A stretch of DNA of 62,929 bases, counting the filler, from Reclinomonas americana ATCC 50394 (Eukaryota): the NCBI GenBank assembly GCA_048213135.1. It is 12 parts of 12 records of this genome, joined end to end, with 100 filler letters (N's around TTAATTAATTAA, not from the genome) between each part and the next. Parts side by side here need not be neighbours in the genome. Positions count along the whole stretch, not along the records: positions 37,374 to 43,020 come from AFZH01021327.1; positions 43,121 to 44,845 come from AFZH01021329.1; positions 44,946 to 62,929 come from AFZH01021330.1; 9 more parts are not named here. One strand, 5' to 3'. The notes under the pieces are model-generated. The model did no database searches. It saw nothing but the letters and a program-made list of their open reading frames with translations, and was not told the DNA's origin. Both the position numbers and the translations under genes were made by a program. The stretch's first letter is position 1. The number at the start of each line of letters is the position of its first letter. Below are positions 38,768 to 50,498 of this stretch, piece after piece.

Positions 38768-39416
38768 CACAGCAAGCAAGCATAACTCCTCAAGGCCTGC
38801 GCATGGGCGGGCGAGTGAGTGAATGCAAGATGTGAAGAATTGTGCAACCCATCGTCTCACCAGCAAAGTACTTGAGCATGTGAGCCCCGGACCACCTATC
38901 GGCGCCGACGTTTGCACCAAAGTCGGTGAGGAATGCTCCCTGAGCGGGATCGTACAAGTCGGCGATATGTGGAATGAGGGCCTGCGAACAACGAAACAAA
39001 CAACAAAGTAAGAGCGAAAAGCAGAGCGCTCGCGCAGCACACATACGCAGACGTACAGGCACATCAAGGTGGCCTATAGTTCTGTCGTCCTCTGCAGAGA
39101 GAGAGAGAGAGAGAACGCACAGTGGATGCACGTGCACAGTCAGTCAGCGCGCGCACTTGAGCGCATGCATTGCATATTCGCAACTTTGTTTGAGCACTTC
39201 ATCGACAAAGAACTGGCGCATGTCTCCAAAAGAGAGACCTTGATTTGCCGAAGCAACTGTGAAAGCACTGTCGTGTGAGAGCGCTCACACACACACACAC
39301 CCTCACACTCTCTGCCAAGCACTCGCTGCGCACTTACCATTCCCACTACTCGCACATGAGATGACACACGACAAAAGTGCGACCAAGAGCAAAACTGTGC
39401 GTGAGAGCGATTGCAT
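37417..39416 (-). CDS. FkbM-family SAM methyltransferase, copy A (signal peptide)
   Basis: DFGANVG, FVEPMP, AAVSN, MKLDCEGSD, LVFEY, SNVMC. Confidence 0.85.
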
Positions 39417-39640
39417 TTGTGTGTGCGTGGTTGGTGAAAATCGGTCAACCGACGTATGCAGACAATTAATAATATCGCAAAGCATTTTTTGTGCACCATA
39501 ACCCCCCAGTCTCGCTTTCTGAGCTGCGCCTTGCTATAGCCTTCTCATCGTCACAATAATTCGAATTCGGGATCATTCCCTCGCTCTTTACAACGACTCT
39601 TTCCTGCATATTCGCTTGCATCGCTGCGCTTCTCTCCGGA

Positions 39641-41446
39641 TTACTTACTCGCCGAAACATCGAGATCGCGGTCCAACTCAAAGAACTGTTGTACCACCGA
39701 CGGGTACAAACCCGCAGACCAGCGCCGCGTAATCTCGTAGATGTAGCTGTCGTCTGCACGCATGCACAGCACGTTGCTGCAAGGGGGAGACGAGGTGCTG
39801 AGCCATCACAACCCCACCGCACAAAGGCACGCATGTCACGTCACTCACCTAAACTGCCTGCACACGAAAGAGGAACACAGACACAGAGGTGTGAGTTGGT
39901 GGTGCAGTCGAGGTGACGCAGTGACACGCACCTGATCTCCAGCGTGTATTCCGGCGACCACCACGGTCCGTAGAGCGGCACCAAGAGGTTGTGCATGAAG
40001 AAGCATCTGCACAAGAGTCAGTGCGACGAATGAGCAGGAGGGACCTCAGGTACAGAGACTCCATCCTCGCGCAACTTCATGCCATAGTTCTCGTACAGGT
40101 TTGCCGTGACCGACTGCAGCGTGTGCGTCGACAGGTCCTTCCACAAGTTGTTGTATTCAAACACCAAGAAGCGCGTCGTTCGTTTTTGGAGAAACTCGCT
40201 CGCTCCCTCCAGTGCCTGGCGCAGCGACGTCAGCGACACACCTTTCACACACACGCAGGAACTCGCGCAGGGACGCACCAGTGGATCGCTTCCCTCAAGG
40301 TCCAGCTTCATGAGGAAGCACGGGCGATCAAAGAGGTTGACCTCGCGCAAGAGGTCGTCGATCTTGTAGACTTTGATGGGCACCGTCGTTTCACCAGACG
40401 CTACGGAACGCGCGCCCACTGAACCAAGATAATCGCCAACGGCTCCTACATGCGAGACAGAGAGAGAGAGAGAGAAATGAGAACGAGCGAACAAACTGAC
40501 AGTGCACACAGGGCGACGAACCAGACGTGTAGAACACGGACTCGCCAGTGAAGTTCGACACGGCGGCATTCACGAGCACCGCACCGGCGTCAAACCACTT
40601 CCTCGTCTGCGCAGTGTGGAGCAACTCCCTAAAGTTAAGTGGCATCGGTTCCGCAAACAAGACGGGCACTTGTCGAACAAAGACGCCGCTGTTGCGCGCC
40701 AAACACACGTGAATACAGCCGACAACACACAAGGAGAGATGGAGGGAGAAGATAAGCGAATGCAACTCTTTGAGACCTGCACAGTACAGGAACACAAGCA
40801 CGTGAGAAACGAGAGAGAGCGAGAGTGGCACTGGGTTCGCGAGGCAGCTCACCACCAAACGTCTTCAGAATCGAGTGCCCAGTGCAGTCGACGCCGCACT
40901 GAGTGCCAATGTGGGCGCCAAAGTCGGTGAAGAATGCGCCCGCCGACGGGTCATACAGATCGACAATGTGTGGCACGAGAAGCTGCAAATGCGAAGAGCG
41001 ATGAGTGGACACCGAATTTGAGTGATTGAGAGAGGCTGAGGGAGAGACGCACCGGTGCATCGAAGTGGTCCACGCCTAGGTACTCTGCACACAGGATCAC
41101 AGAAGATGAGTGCAGAGAGACAAGACAAGAGATATCACTTTCTGTTTACATTTGCATGCATGCATAATGCACACACAGAACGTGCTCGCGTGTGTGTGCC
41201 TTACGCAACGCAGAGCAGTGACAGTGTGAACAAAGAACATGCGCAGTTGCTCGAACGGTGATGCCTTTCCTTGTTGCGCATCAGCTGCGAATGAGAAAAC
41301 AAGTGTGTGAGCGGCTCTCTCTTTCTCACACACACACTCTCTCTCCTCACATCTCACTCACCAATGTCTGGGGCGCATGAGACGGCACAGAGAAAGAGTG
41401 CCAGAGCAAGTAATACTGCACCGACAAAGCAGCGCGCGCGTGACAT
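39641..41446 (-). CDS. FkbM-family SAM methyltransferase, copy B (signal peptide)
   Basis: DFGAHIG, FAEPMP, AAVSN, MKLDLEGSD, LVFEY, SNVLC. Confidence 0.85.
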
Positions 41447-41644
41447 GTAATGTGGTGTTTTGTGGTTTTGCAAGAGAAGTCCTGCAGCTGCTGGTTTGTT
41501 CCGACAACATGTTGCGCGACAACCTCCCGCTGCGCTACGTATGAAGAATACAGTATCTATGTTACTGACGTCTATGGTGGCGAGCTCTCCCTCTCATCGC
41601 GATCGTTGGTATCGCATTCAAGGACCTGTTTCTGGCCTCACTCA

Positions 41645-42975
41645 TCACTTGTGCGCCGACAACTCGCGGTCCAGCTCGATGAACCGGTCCACCACGGTCG
41701 GGTGCAGACCCGAGGACCAGCGGCGCACTAGCGGGTAGAAAAAGCTGTCGTCTGCACGCATGCACAGCACGTTGCTGTGCGGCGATGGGAGCAAGTTGAG
41801 CGTACTGCAGTCTCCTTCAACGTCGACACACATCGCGACACTCACCTAAATTGCCTGCACACGAGGCGACGCACAAAAAGAGGGACACAAGGCACAAAGG
41901 TGAGCTGGTGGTGCGACGAGAGGTGCCTTCGTGGAGCACGCACATGATTTCCAGCGTGAATTCCGGCGCCCACCACGGTCCGTAGAGCGGCACCAAGAGA
42001 TTGTGCATGAAGAAGCACCTGCGGAAGGGTGAGTGCACTGAGAGCGCAGCGAGGATGCATGGACACCATCCTTCTAGATCTGCGCACGTAACTTCATGTC
42101 GTACTTTTCATACAAATTCGCCGTCACCGACTGCAGCGTGTGCGTCGACAGGTCTTTCCACATGTAATTGTACTCGAACACCAAGAAGCGCGTCGTCCGC
42201 TTCTGCAGGAACTCGCTGGCTCCCTCCAGTGCCTGGCTCAGCGAGGTCAGAGACTCCGACACACACGCAGCGACACGCGCAACGCCTCACCAGCGGATCG
42301 CTTCCTTCGCAATCCAGCTTCATGAGGAAGCACGGGCGATCAAAGAGATTGGCCTCGCGCAGAAGGTCGTCGATCTTGTAGACCTTGACGGGTACCGCCA
42401 TGTCGCCAGAGTCAACCGTTCGCACGCCCAATGAACCGAGATAGTCGCCAACGGTCCCTGCGCATCGCATGTGCGATGGGTGAGCCACTGCAGGTCACAC
42501 GCAACGCCGCCCTCGAGATCGCTCTCACCGGTTGTGTAGAACACGGACTCGCCAGTGAAGTTCGACAAAGCGACATTCGCAAAAAGAGCGCCGGCGTCAA
42601 GCCACCTCCTCTCCTGCGCTGTCCCGAACAGCTTGCGGTAGTTGAGGGGCATGGGTTCCACAAACAAAACCGTCACTTTTCGCGCATAAACGCCGGTTCT
42701 GATGCGCACACAGCGAAAGGTGAATGAACAAGCAGAGCGACACGCGCGCATCAGGCGACTGCAATCACCTTTTGAGACCTGCGCCAAGGAGTGAGAGGAG
42801 CGCGCTTGAACAAACTTGAACTCATCACACACCTGCAAATTTCTCCAGCATGGTGCCTCCGGCGCTCAAGAACTCATGATCGCCGTGGCCTTCAGTGCCA
42901 AGGTGAGCACCAAAGTCGGTGAGGAAGGCACCCTCCAGCGGATCAAACAGCTCTTGAACGTGCGAAATGAGGAGC
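41645..42975 (-). CDS. FkbM-family SAM methyltransferase, copy C (5' end in gap)
   Basis: DFGAHLG, FVEPMP, VALSN, MKLDCEGSD, LVFEY, SNVLC. Confidence 0.82.
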
Positions 42976-43120
42976 TGCGCATGCACCAAACGAGATGAGA
43001 TGTGAGGGAGAGAGAGAGAGNNNNNNNNNNNNNNNNNNNNNNNNNNNNNNNNNNNNNNNNNNNNTTAATTAATTAANNNNNNNNNNNNNNNNNNNNNNNN
43101 NNNNNNNNNNNNNNNNNNNN

Positions 43121-43249
43121 CGTACGTACGTACGTACGTACGTACGTACGTACGTACGTACGTACGTACGTACGTACGTACGTACGTACGTACGTACGTA
43201 CGTACGTACGTACGTACGTACGTACGTACGTACGTACGTACGTACGTAC

Positions 43250-43335
<86 letters not shown>
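43121..43335. repeat. Compound microsatellite (CGTA)n + (TC)n
   Basis: Perfect CGTA tract 43121-43250 abutting TC tract 43251-43335, next to a gap. Confidence 0.95.
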
Positions 43336-43338
<3 letters not shown>

Positions 43339-43348
43339 TGTGCACGCA

Positions 43349-44945
43349 ACTTCATGTCGTACTTGTCGTACAGGTTCGCTGTGACCGACCGCAACGTGTG
43401 CTTCGACAGATCGTTCCACAGATTGTTGTACTCGAAAACCAAGAAGCGCGTCGTCCGCTGCTGGAGGAACTCGCTGGCTCCCTCCAGGGCCTGGCAGGAG
43501 GTCAGAGCAACGCCACAAGCAAACGGAGGAGATAAAAACTCACCATCGGGTCGCTGCCCTCGCAATCCAGCTTCATGAGGAAGCACGGACGATGGAAGAG
43601 GTTGACCTCACGCAGGAGGTCATCGATCTTGTAGACCTTCACCTGCACCTCCACGTCGCCAGCCTGCACCGATCGCGCGCCCACTGATCCGACGCGATCG
43701 CCAGCAAAGCCTGTTGGAAAAAGGAGGGGAGGGGCGAACATGAGAAGATCGAAAGAGAGAGACGAGAAGGAGAGAGAACGAGAGAGAGAGGCAAATACAG
43801 GGTGAGAGAACGAGAGAAAATAAGGAATGAAGAAAGGAAGAAGAGACACAGACGGAGGCAAAGGGAGAGAGAGAGAGAGACTAAGTGAGTGAGAAGGGAA
43901 GAAAAGAGACACAGACGGAGCCAAAGGGGGAGAGGGAGAATAGATGGGTGTGACAGGAAGAGGGGAAGAAAGAGACAGAGATGGAGACCGAGACAAGGGG
44001 AGAGAGAAGCAGAAAATGGGTGGGTGTGACAGGAAGAGGGGAAGAAGAGACCGACACGCAGAGAGAGGGAGAGCGGGAGAGAATGGGTAGAGTGCCAGGA
44101 AGAGGGAAAGAAAGAGACAGAGATGGAGACCGAGACAAGGGGAGAGAGAGGCAGAAAATGGGTGGGTGTGACAGGAAGAGGGGAAGAAGAGACCGACACA
44201 CAGTGAGAGAGGGAGAGCGGGAGAAAGTGGGTGGGTGTGCCAGGAAGAGGGAAAGAACGAGACAGAGATGGAGGATAGAGAGAGAGGATGAGTGCGTGGC
44301 AGGAGGAGAGACAGGAGACTGGCACTCACCCGTGGTGTAGAACACGGACTCGCCCGAGAAGTCCGACACCGCGGCTCTCACGAGCACAGCACCGGCGTCA
44401 AACCACTTTTGCGTCTGCGCAGCGTGGAGCAGCTGCTCAAAGTTGAGCGGCATGGGCTCCACAAACAAGATCGGCACTTTCTGTTTAAATGTGCCACTGC
44501 GACGCAAAGGACAGTGAGACAGTAGTAAGACGACAGACAAGGCAGCAAGCGGCATTACGAGACTCTTCTTGCGAGTGACCTGCAAAAAGACGATACAAGA
44601 GTTGAGCGCGAGCGAACAGAAGATTGCAGCAAACAAAAAAAAACTCACCAGCAAACTGCTTCAGCATCTGAATGCCCTCCTCGCCCAAGTTGGCACCAAA
44701 GTCAGTCATAAACGCACCCTCCGATGGGTCATACAGATCGACGATCAAGGGAATCAGAGTCTGCACAATCAGTGTCAACAGAGATGAAGAGGAAGAAATC
44801 ACATCAAAAGAAGCATGCAAACCGATGCATCCACAAAGCCAGTCGNNNNNNNNNNNNNNNNNNNNNNNNNNNNNNNNNNNNNNNNNNNNTTAATTAATTA
44901 ANNNNNNNNNNNNNNNNNNNNNNNNNNNNNNNNNNNNNNNNNNNN

Positions 44946-44992
<47 letters not shown>

Positions 44993-45306
44993 GAGAGTGA
45001 CATGCTTGTCAAACAGCTGATACGAACAAAAAAACGAGTGCGTCCACGCAACTTTGAGCATTGACAGACGACATGAAGACTCTGCGAAAGTCTGCCACAG
45101 TCACCTCCGCTGCACGAGCAACACACACACAGTGAGCACACACACACAAGGCATCGCATCTCTCACATTCGCGCGCGCTCTCTCTCTCGTTGCTCTTTGC
45201 TCTCTGTGAACAAGCACGCACCTGTGACAGAGGCGCAGGAGACACACACGAGGAGTGCCACCAATAGCAGCACCTGTGCGGGTGCACTTCGGCTGCACGT
45301 GTGCAT
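43349..45306 (-). CDS. FkbM-family SAM methyltransferase, copy D (3' end lost in gap; internal gap)
   Basis: Signal peptide VLLLVALLVCVSCA; DFGANLG, FVEPMP, AAVSD, MKLDCEGSD, LVFEY. Confidence 0.8.
43945..44275. repeat. Intronic ~140-bp purine-rich tandem duplication
   Basis: AGAGACAGAGATGGAGACCGAGACAAGGGG...GCAGAAAATGGGTGGGTGTGACAGGAAG occurs at 43971 and 44113. Confidence 0.8.
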
Positions 45307-45700
45307 TTTTGTTTTGGAGGCGATGATGAATGCACAAACAACCAATTTTCGCGCGCAAAACTCCGAACTCAGAAACGGGATGGAAACTGCATTGGGCCCG
45401 TCTTTCGTGGAAGGGGGAACGCATCACGTTTCCTCGGTGAGCGTACAGTGGATTGGCGACTTCTCGAGATTCACATCGCAGCGATCTTGACCAGGCGCGA
45501 GACGTGTCACCCGCTGCGTCATGTCTCGTGTTCAGCTGCTGAGTGGCGAAGACTTGTCACTCGTTGGAGAGAGACCATCGGATGGCGCGCCAGTGTGCGT
45601 GTTTGCGAGAGGGAGAGAGTCGTCCGAGGGCACTTACACGACAATGGCAAACCCGTGGTCGAACCTTGCACACGGGAAGAGCAAACACATATTTCTTTCA

Positions 45701-48221
45701 TCACCAAATGTCTGGCATCGGTGGCGACGCTTTGCGGAGTCGCAGCTCGCGCAGTTCTCTTCTCACGTCGTCCAGCGGCTCCGAGGCGTGGGCGTCAAAT
45801 ACTGCAAAGGCGTCGCGTAACCTGTCGTCGGGGAGCGCGTACCACGACGACCAGATGGTGGTGAAGGCGGGGTCGTCGGCGTGCATGCAGAAGACATTGC
45901 TGTTGTTGGAGGAACAGGAGAAGTAAGTGACAGACACAAGTCGGCAAAGAGATGTAGACACGAGAGACATGCACTCTCGGAGGCACAGAACGGAACACGC
46001 TGGGGGAAGAAGGAAAAGAAGGCAGGAAAAACAAAAACCGTCGACCCGCCCATTCTCACACACAGACCTCCACCAACTGCGACACACAGAGACGGAGGAG
46101 AGTCAGTCACTTGCAAGGTACCGCAGGCGAGTGGTGTCACAGCTAAACGCACTCCAATTCCAACGATGGGTACCACCAGCGTCCGTAGAGCGGAGCCAAG
46201 TAGTCGCTGGCCATGAGGAAACATCTGCACACAGAGTCAGAATCAGCCGAGCACGAGAGAGGCAGGGCGTGGTCGCAACTTGAGCCCGTACTGCTCAAAC
46301 AGGCTCTCGGACACGGTTTCAAGCGTATTCGACGACATGAATGGCCACAAGTGGCTGTACTCAAACACCTGCACAATGCGTGAGTCACGAATGTGAAGAC
46401 AGGCGCGTGTTGACCGAAAACAAACCAAAAATCGAGGCAGTCGTTCGGTAAAGTACTCGTGCGCGCCCTCTAGCACCTGCAGCACCAATCATGATCAGTA
46501 GGAGATAGCAAGGAGAGACTCAGTCTCTCTCCCTCCATCCCTCTCTCTCTCTCATATCAACCAACCAGTGGATCGCTGCCTTCGCAGTCGATCTTCATCA
46601 GAAAGCATGGCCGCTCGAGGAGATCGTGGTCGCCCAGCAGTCGATGGACGGTGGTGACGTTGACGGGTATCTCCACTGCGCCTTCGGGGCTCACCTGCGC
46701 GCCAAGAGCGGCCCACTCGTCGCCGACACGACCTGCACGATTCCGTGGGCAATGAGCACCCAGCAAAGTGGTGCACTTTTCTCTGCCCACTCGCCGTTCG
46801 AAAACAGCAGGGAGGTGCCGACGTGATTGGAGACGGCGGCTTGCACAGGCTTGGCGCCAGCTTCCAGCCATCCACCGAACGCCGCCTTGTGCGCCAGCAT
46901 CGCAAACGTTTTGGGCATGGGTTCCACAGCAAGAACCGTCACTGGTCGACTGAAGCTCTTGTCTCTGCGTGTCGCGGTGGTGAGGCATACTCAACTCGTT
47001 CAACAAGGAGGGTATGCACGAACCGCTGGAGACCTGCTCTTGCGAAGAACCAACAAAAGATGTGAGGGCAAGAGAGGAGAGTAGGTGAGAGGGCAAAAAA
47101 GAGCGCGACAACTTGCCTCCGAGGTGGTGCAGCATGAGGCGAGTGGCGCCGCCGAGGTTGGCGCCAATGTCGACACAGAATGAGTTGTCGTCGTCGGTGA
47201 ACAGGTGGGCAATGTGCGGAAGGAGGGTCTGAGGGAGGAGAGGGTGAGAAGGGGAGGAGAGAGAGAGATGAAGGGAGAAGAGAGAGAGAGGGAGAGAATG
47301 AAGGAACGAGAAGAGAAGAGAGGAAGAAGAAGGAAGACTGGAAGAGGGAGAGAGATACATGCACCGAGAAGGGTTGAGAGGGGAGATGAAGGGGAGACTG
47401 CAAGACAAAGAGAGAAGAAGAGACAGAGAAGGAGAGAATGAAGGAACGAGAAGAGAAGAGAGGACGAAGAAGGAAGACTGGAAGCGAGACACACCGGGAG
47501 AAGGAGTGAACGGAAGACAATGAGAGGACAGGCAAGACAAAATGGAGAGAACAAATGAAGAAGAAGGAAGACTGAGAGAGGGAGAGACGCACACCCAGAG
47601 GGGAAGGGAGGAATCGAGAGACTGGAAGAGAGACAAGAGGAGAGAGGGAGAGATGCAAGGAGAGACTGCAAGGCAAAGAAGAAGAAGAAGAGGCAGAGGA
47701 GGGAACGAAGGAACGAGAAGAGAGGAGAGGAGAGGAAGAAGAAGACTGGCAGAGGGAGAGATACATGCACCGAGAGGAGGAGAGAGGGGAGAAGTAAGGA
47801 GAGAACGGAGGGAAGAAGAGAGGGAGAGAATGAAGGAGAGAACAATGAAGAAGAATGGAGACTGAAAGAGAGAGAGAGAGAACGCAACAGACATGCCCAG
47901 TGGCCCGAGATCATACTCTGCGCACAGACAGAGAGACAGAGAGAGATGAGTGCACATGCATGCATCGACGACTCTCACAGAAACGAATGCGCAACTGCGT
48001 TGCTGAATGGTCTCTGCGTTGATCACTCGTGCCTCGTCAAACGTCAGAGGCACACCTGAGCACACACAGTGTATGAGAGAGAGAAAGAGAGAGAAAGAGA
48101 CGAGTAAGAGGCACTGACCTTCCGCGCGTGCCAGAGAGGAGCAGTGGCATGCGGAGAGAGCAATGCTTATGCACAGCAACAGACATAGTGAGGAGGCAGT
48201 GCCTCTCCTCGTCTCCTGCAT
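45701..48221 (-). CDS. FkbM-family SAM methyltransferase, copy E (most divergent; signal peptide)
   Basis: DIGANLG, AVEPMP, AAVSN, MKIDCEGSD, VFEY, WWSNVFC. Confidence 0.85.
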
Positions 48222-48268
48222 TCGTTGTGTGACAAAAAAAGAACGTCGAGAAGTCAACTTCGTTTCAC

Positions 48269-50001
48269 TCATGACTCGTCGTCGACGGCATCCTCCTCCT
48301 CCTTTGTCACTGCAGCTGCAGACACTGCGGGGAGGTTCTCTGGTGGCAGCGCGCCTCGAATCTCCAAAACGCGTTGCTCCAACGCGAACAGGTACTCGTC
48401 GTGCGCCTTGTCGCCAATGTGTCGCAGAGCCGAGCATAGGTTGACCAGGTACTGCACGGGCACGTAAGGTGAGATGGCTGCTGTTACGTTGCCCGTGTCT
48501 CCGTTATACGCCACGCAACATCGACATTGGGGCCTGACGCGCCCACGGAGACGGCAATGGTCTGCGCGCACTCTTCTAGCGGCAGATCGACTGGCGGCGA
48601 AGACAACAATTGGGACAGAGGCACGACAGGCACGGAAGGAAAAAGAGCAACTCACCAGCGAAGAATTCGTTGTCATGCGTTCCCAGGAAGAGCATGCACT
48701 GTGGAAACCGATGAGCGACAAGGGTACGACTCTTGAAAACTTTCTTTTCCTTGCTCTCGCGGTGGCAAGCGTGTTCTCTCTCTCTCTCAGAGAACAAAGA
48801 AGTGTAAGAGGTTGACGAGTAAGAAAAAGAGACGAACAGAAGAGAGGAGAAGAATGAGAGAAGCAGAGACCAACAGGAGGCAGGAATAAACCTCGAGTCC
48901 TTCTTCCATTCTCCCTTGCATCCCACTCCAGCGGACACCCTGTTAGCGTGTTTCTCCCACTTTCGTCGCCCATCCTTCTCCTGTTTCCTCTGCTCCCTCT
49001 CATTTCCCTTCTCATTCCTGCTTCCTTTGCTCCCTCTTATCTCTCTCCGTCCCTTTCCCATTCTCCCCTCCACACTCGCCCACTCCCGTTGGAGACCCTG
49101 TTGGCCTGTTTCTCCCACTCGTGTCACCCATTCTTCTCTCTTGCGTCTCTCTGCCTCGCGTTCTCTTTCCCTTCCCTCTCTCCCTTCATGCCGCCACACT
49201 CGCTCGCTCCCGTCTCACTCCCTCTCCCATTCTCGTCCTCTCACCCATTCGTCTCTCTCACTCCCTCAGCTCCCTTTCATCCGTTCTTCTCTCCCTCCCT
49301 CCCTCTCCCCCTCCCATCCCTTTCCCTCCCCTCTGTCTCCCTCTCTCTTCTCCTCTTCTCCCCACCTCCTCCAACACCGGCACCGCTTGCTCCTCCTCCG
49401 AATCATACACCGCCACCGTGGTCTTGGTGTACCCCGCACGCTCCCGATGATCCAAGTGCGCCAGCACCTCACTCAGACGCTCCTCAGCAATCTCATACAC
49501 CGCACCCCAGCAAAACGCAGTGGACGACGCTGACGGACAAAAGGGGGGGAGAGGGGAAGGGAAGTGAGATGAGGTGTGTTGCCGCACAGACACGACTGAG
49601 ACAGGCGAATGATGCATGATGATCATCAAAGCAGGGCACCTGGAATGAGAGTAACCACCAGGCCAAGACGCTCAGGCGTACCCTGCACACACATACACAA
49701 GATGATTGCACACACACACTGCACAATCTCTTGTCGCCTGTCATACCCTGTGCACTGGATCGCGCTGCACTCACGCGTCAGTCACTGTCACACGTACACA
49801 CTACACTACACACACGTACACAACAAGCGATTCACCTGCCAGAAGCGCCGCTCAAAGCCGCGGATGCATCCCTCGAAACTGCACACACACATGATCGTGA
49901 GACACAAGCAGTGACATATAAAGGGAAGCGTGCACTCACCGTCGCACAACAGGAAAGTCGACTTTCCACACCAGTGAACCGTAGCCAAAGAGGTACGGCA
50001 T
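48269..50001 (-). CDS. CHAC: Glutathione-specific gamma-glutamylcyclotransferase ChaC
   Basis: LFGYGSLVWKVDFP, RRFWQ, HR|GTPERLGLVVTL, WGAVY, LDHRERAGY, GASGPNVD|YL, DEYLFALE. Confidence 0.93.
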
Positions 50002-50498
50002 CTCTGTGCGTCACGAGAAGAAAGACACAGAGAGAGAGAGAGGACACAACCAATCATGTACATGCATGACTTCGCCAGCATCGCACGTCGACTTTATCGT
50101 ACTGCTCTATAACCTCCGTCTTGTGGCCACCTCCCCTCCTGCCAGGGAGATGCGATCGAAGCGTGGGTTCAACGTCGTGCCACTGTGCAAATGATGCGCA
50201 CAATTAGTATTGCAAAATTGGTTTCGCATATTTATTCGACCTCGCTGGTGGTGTGCAGGCGCCGGCTGTGCACCACCGAGTTGGAGACGACAGGGAGGAT
50301 GCTTACTGAGTGGAGCACACAGTTGATGGCCAGGAGTAAACCAATCGATTATTATATATCATTCCCGCGCAAAAGAAATCGTTATTATTGCTAGCTGTTC
50401 CGAACAACGTCCCGCAGGCACACCACCCTCTTCCTCCACTTCAAAACGCACACACATTGGCGTGCCGTGTGACCATCGCACACGCCATCGCACACGCC

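Noticed and set aside
43065..43586. ORFs with (RE)n and (RTYV)n peptides
   Set aside because: Translations of intronic microsatellites running into a gap.
45645..45680. Short hairpin with a B-box-like GGTCGAACC
   Set aside because: No cloverleaf, A-box or anticodon arm, so a tRNA call is not supported.
46557..48437. 626-aa Leu/Ser-rich ORF (similar ones at 43502-44654 and 36074-37265)
   Set aside because: Read-through of stop-poor CT/GA-rich introns joining real exons.
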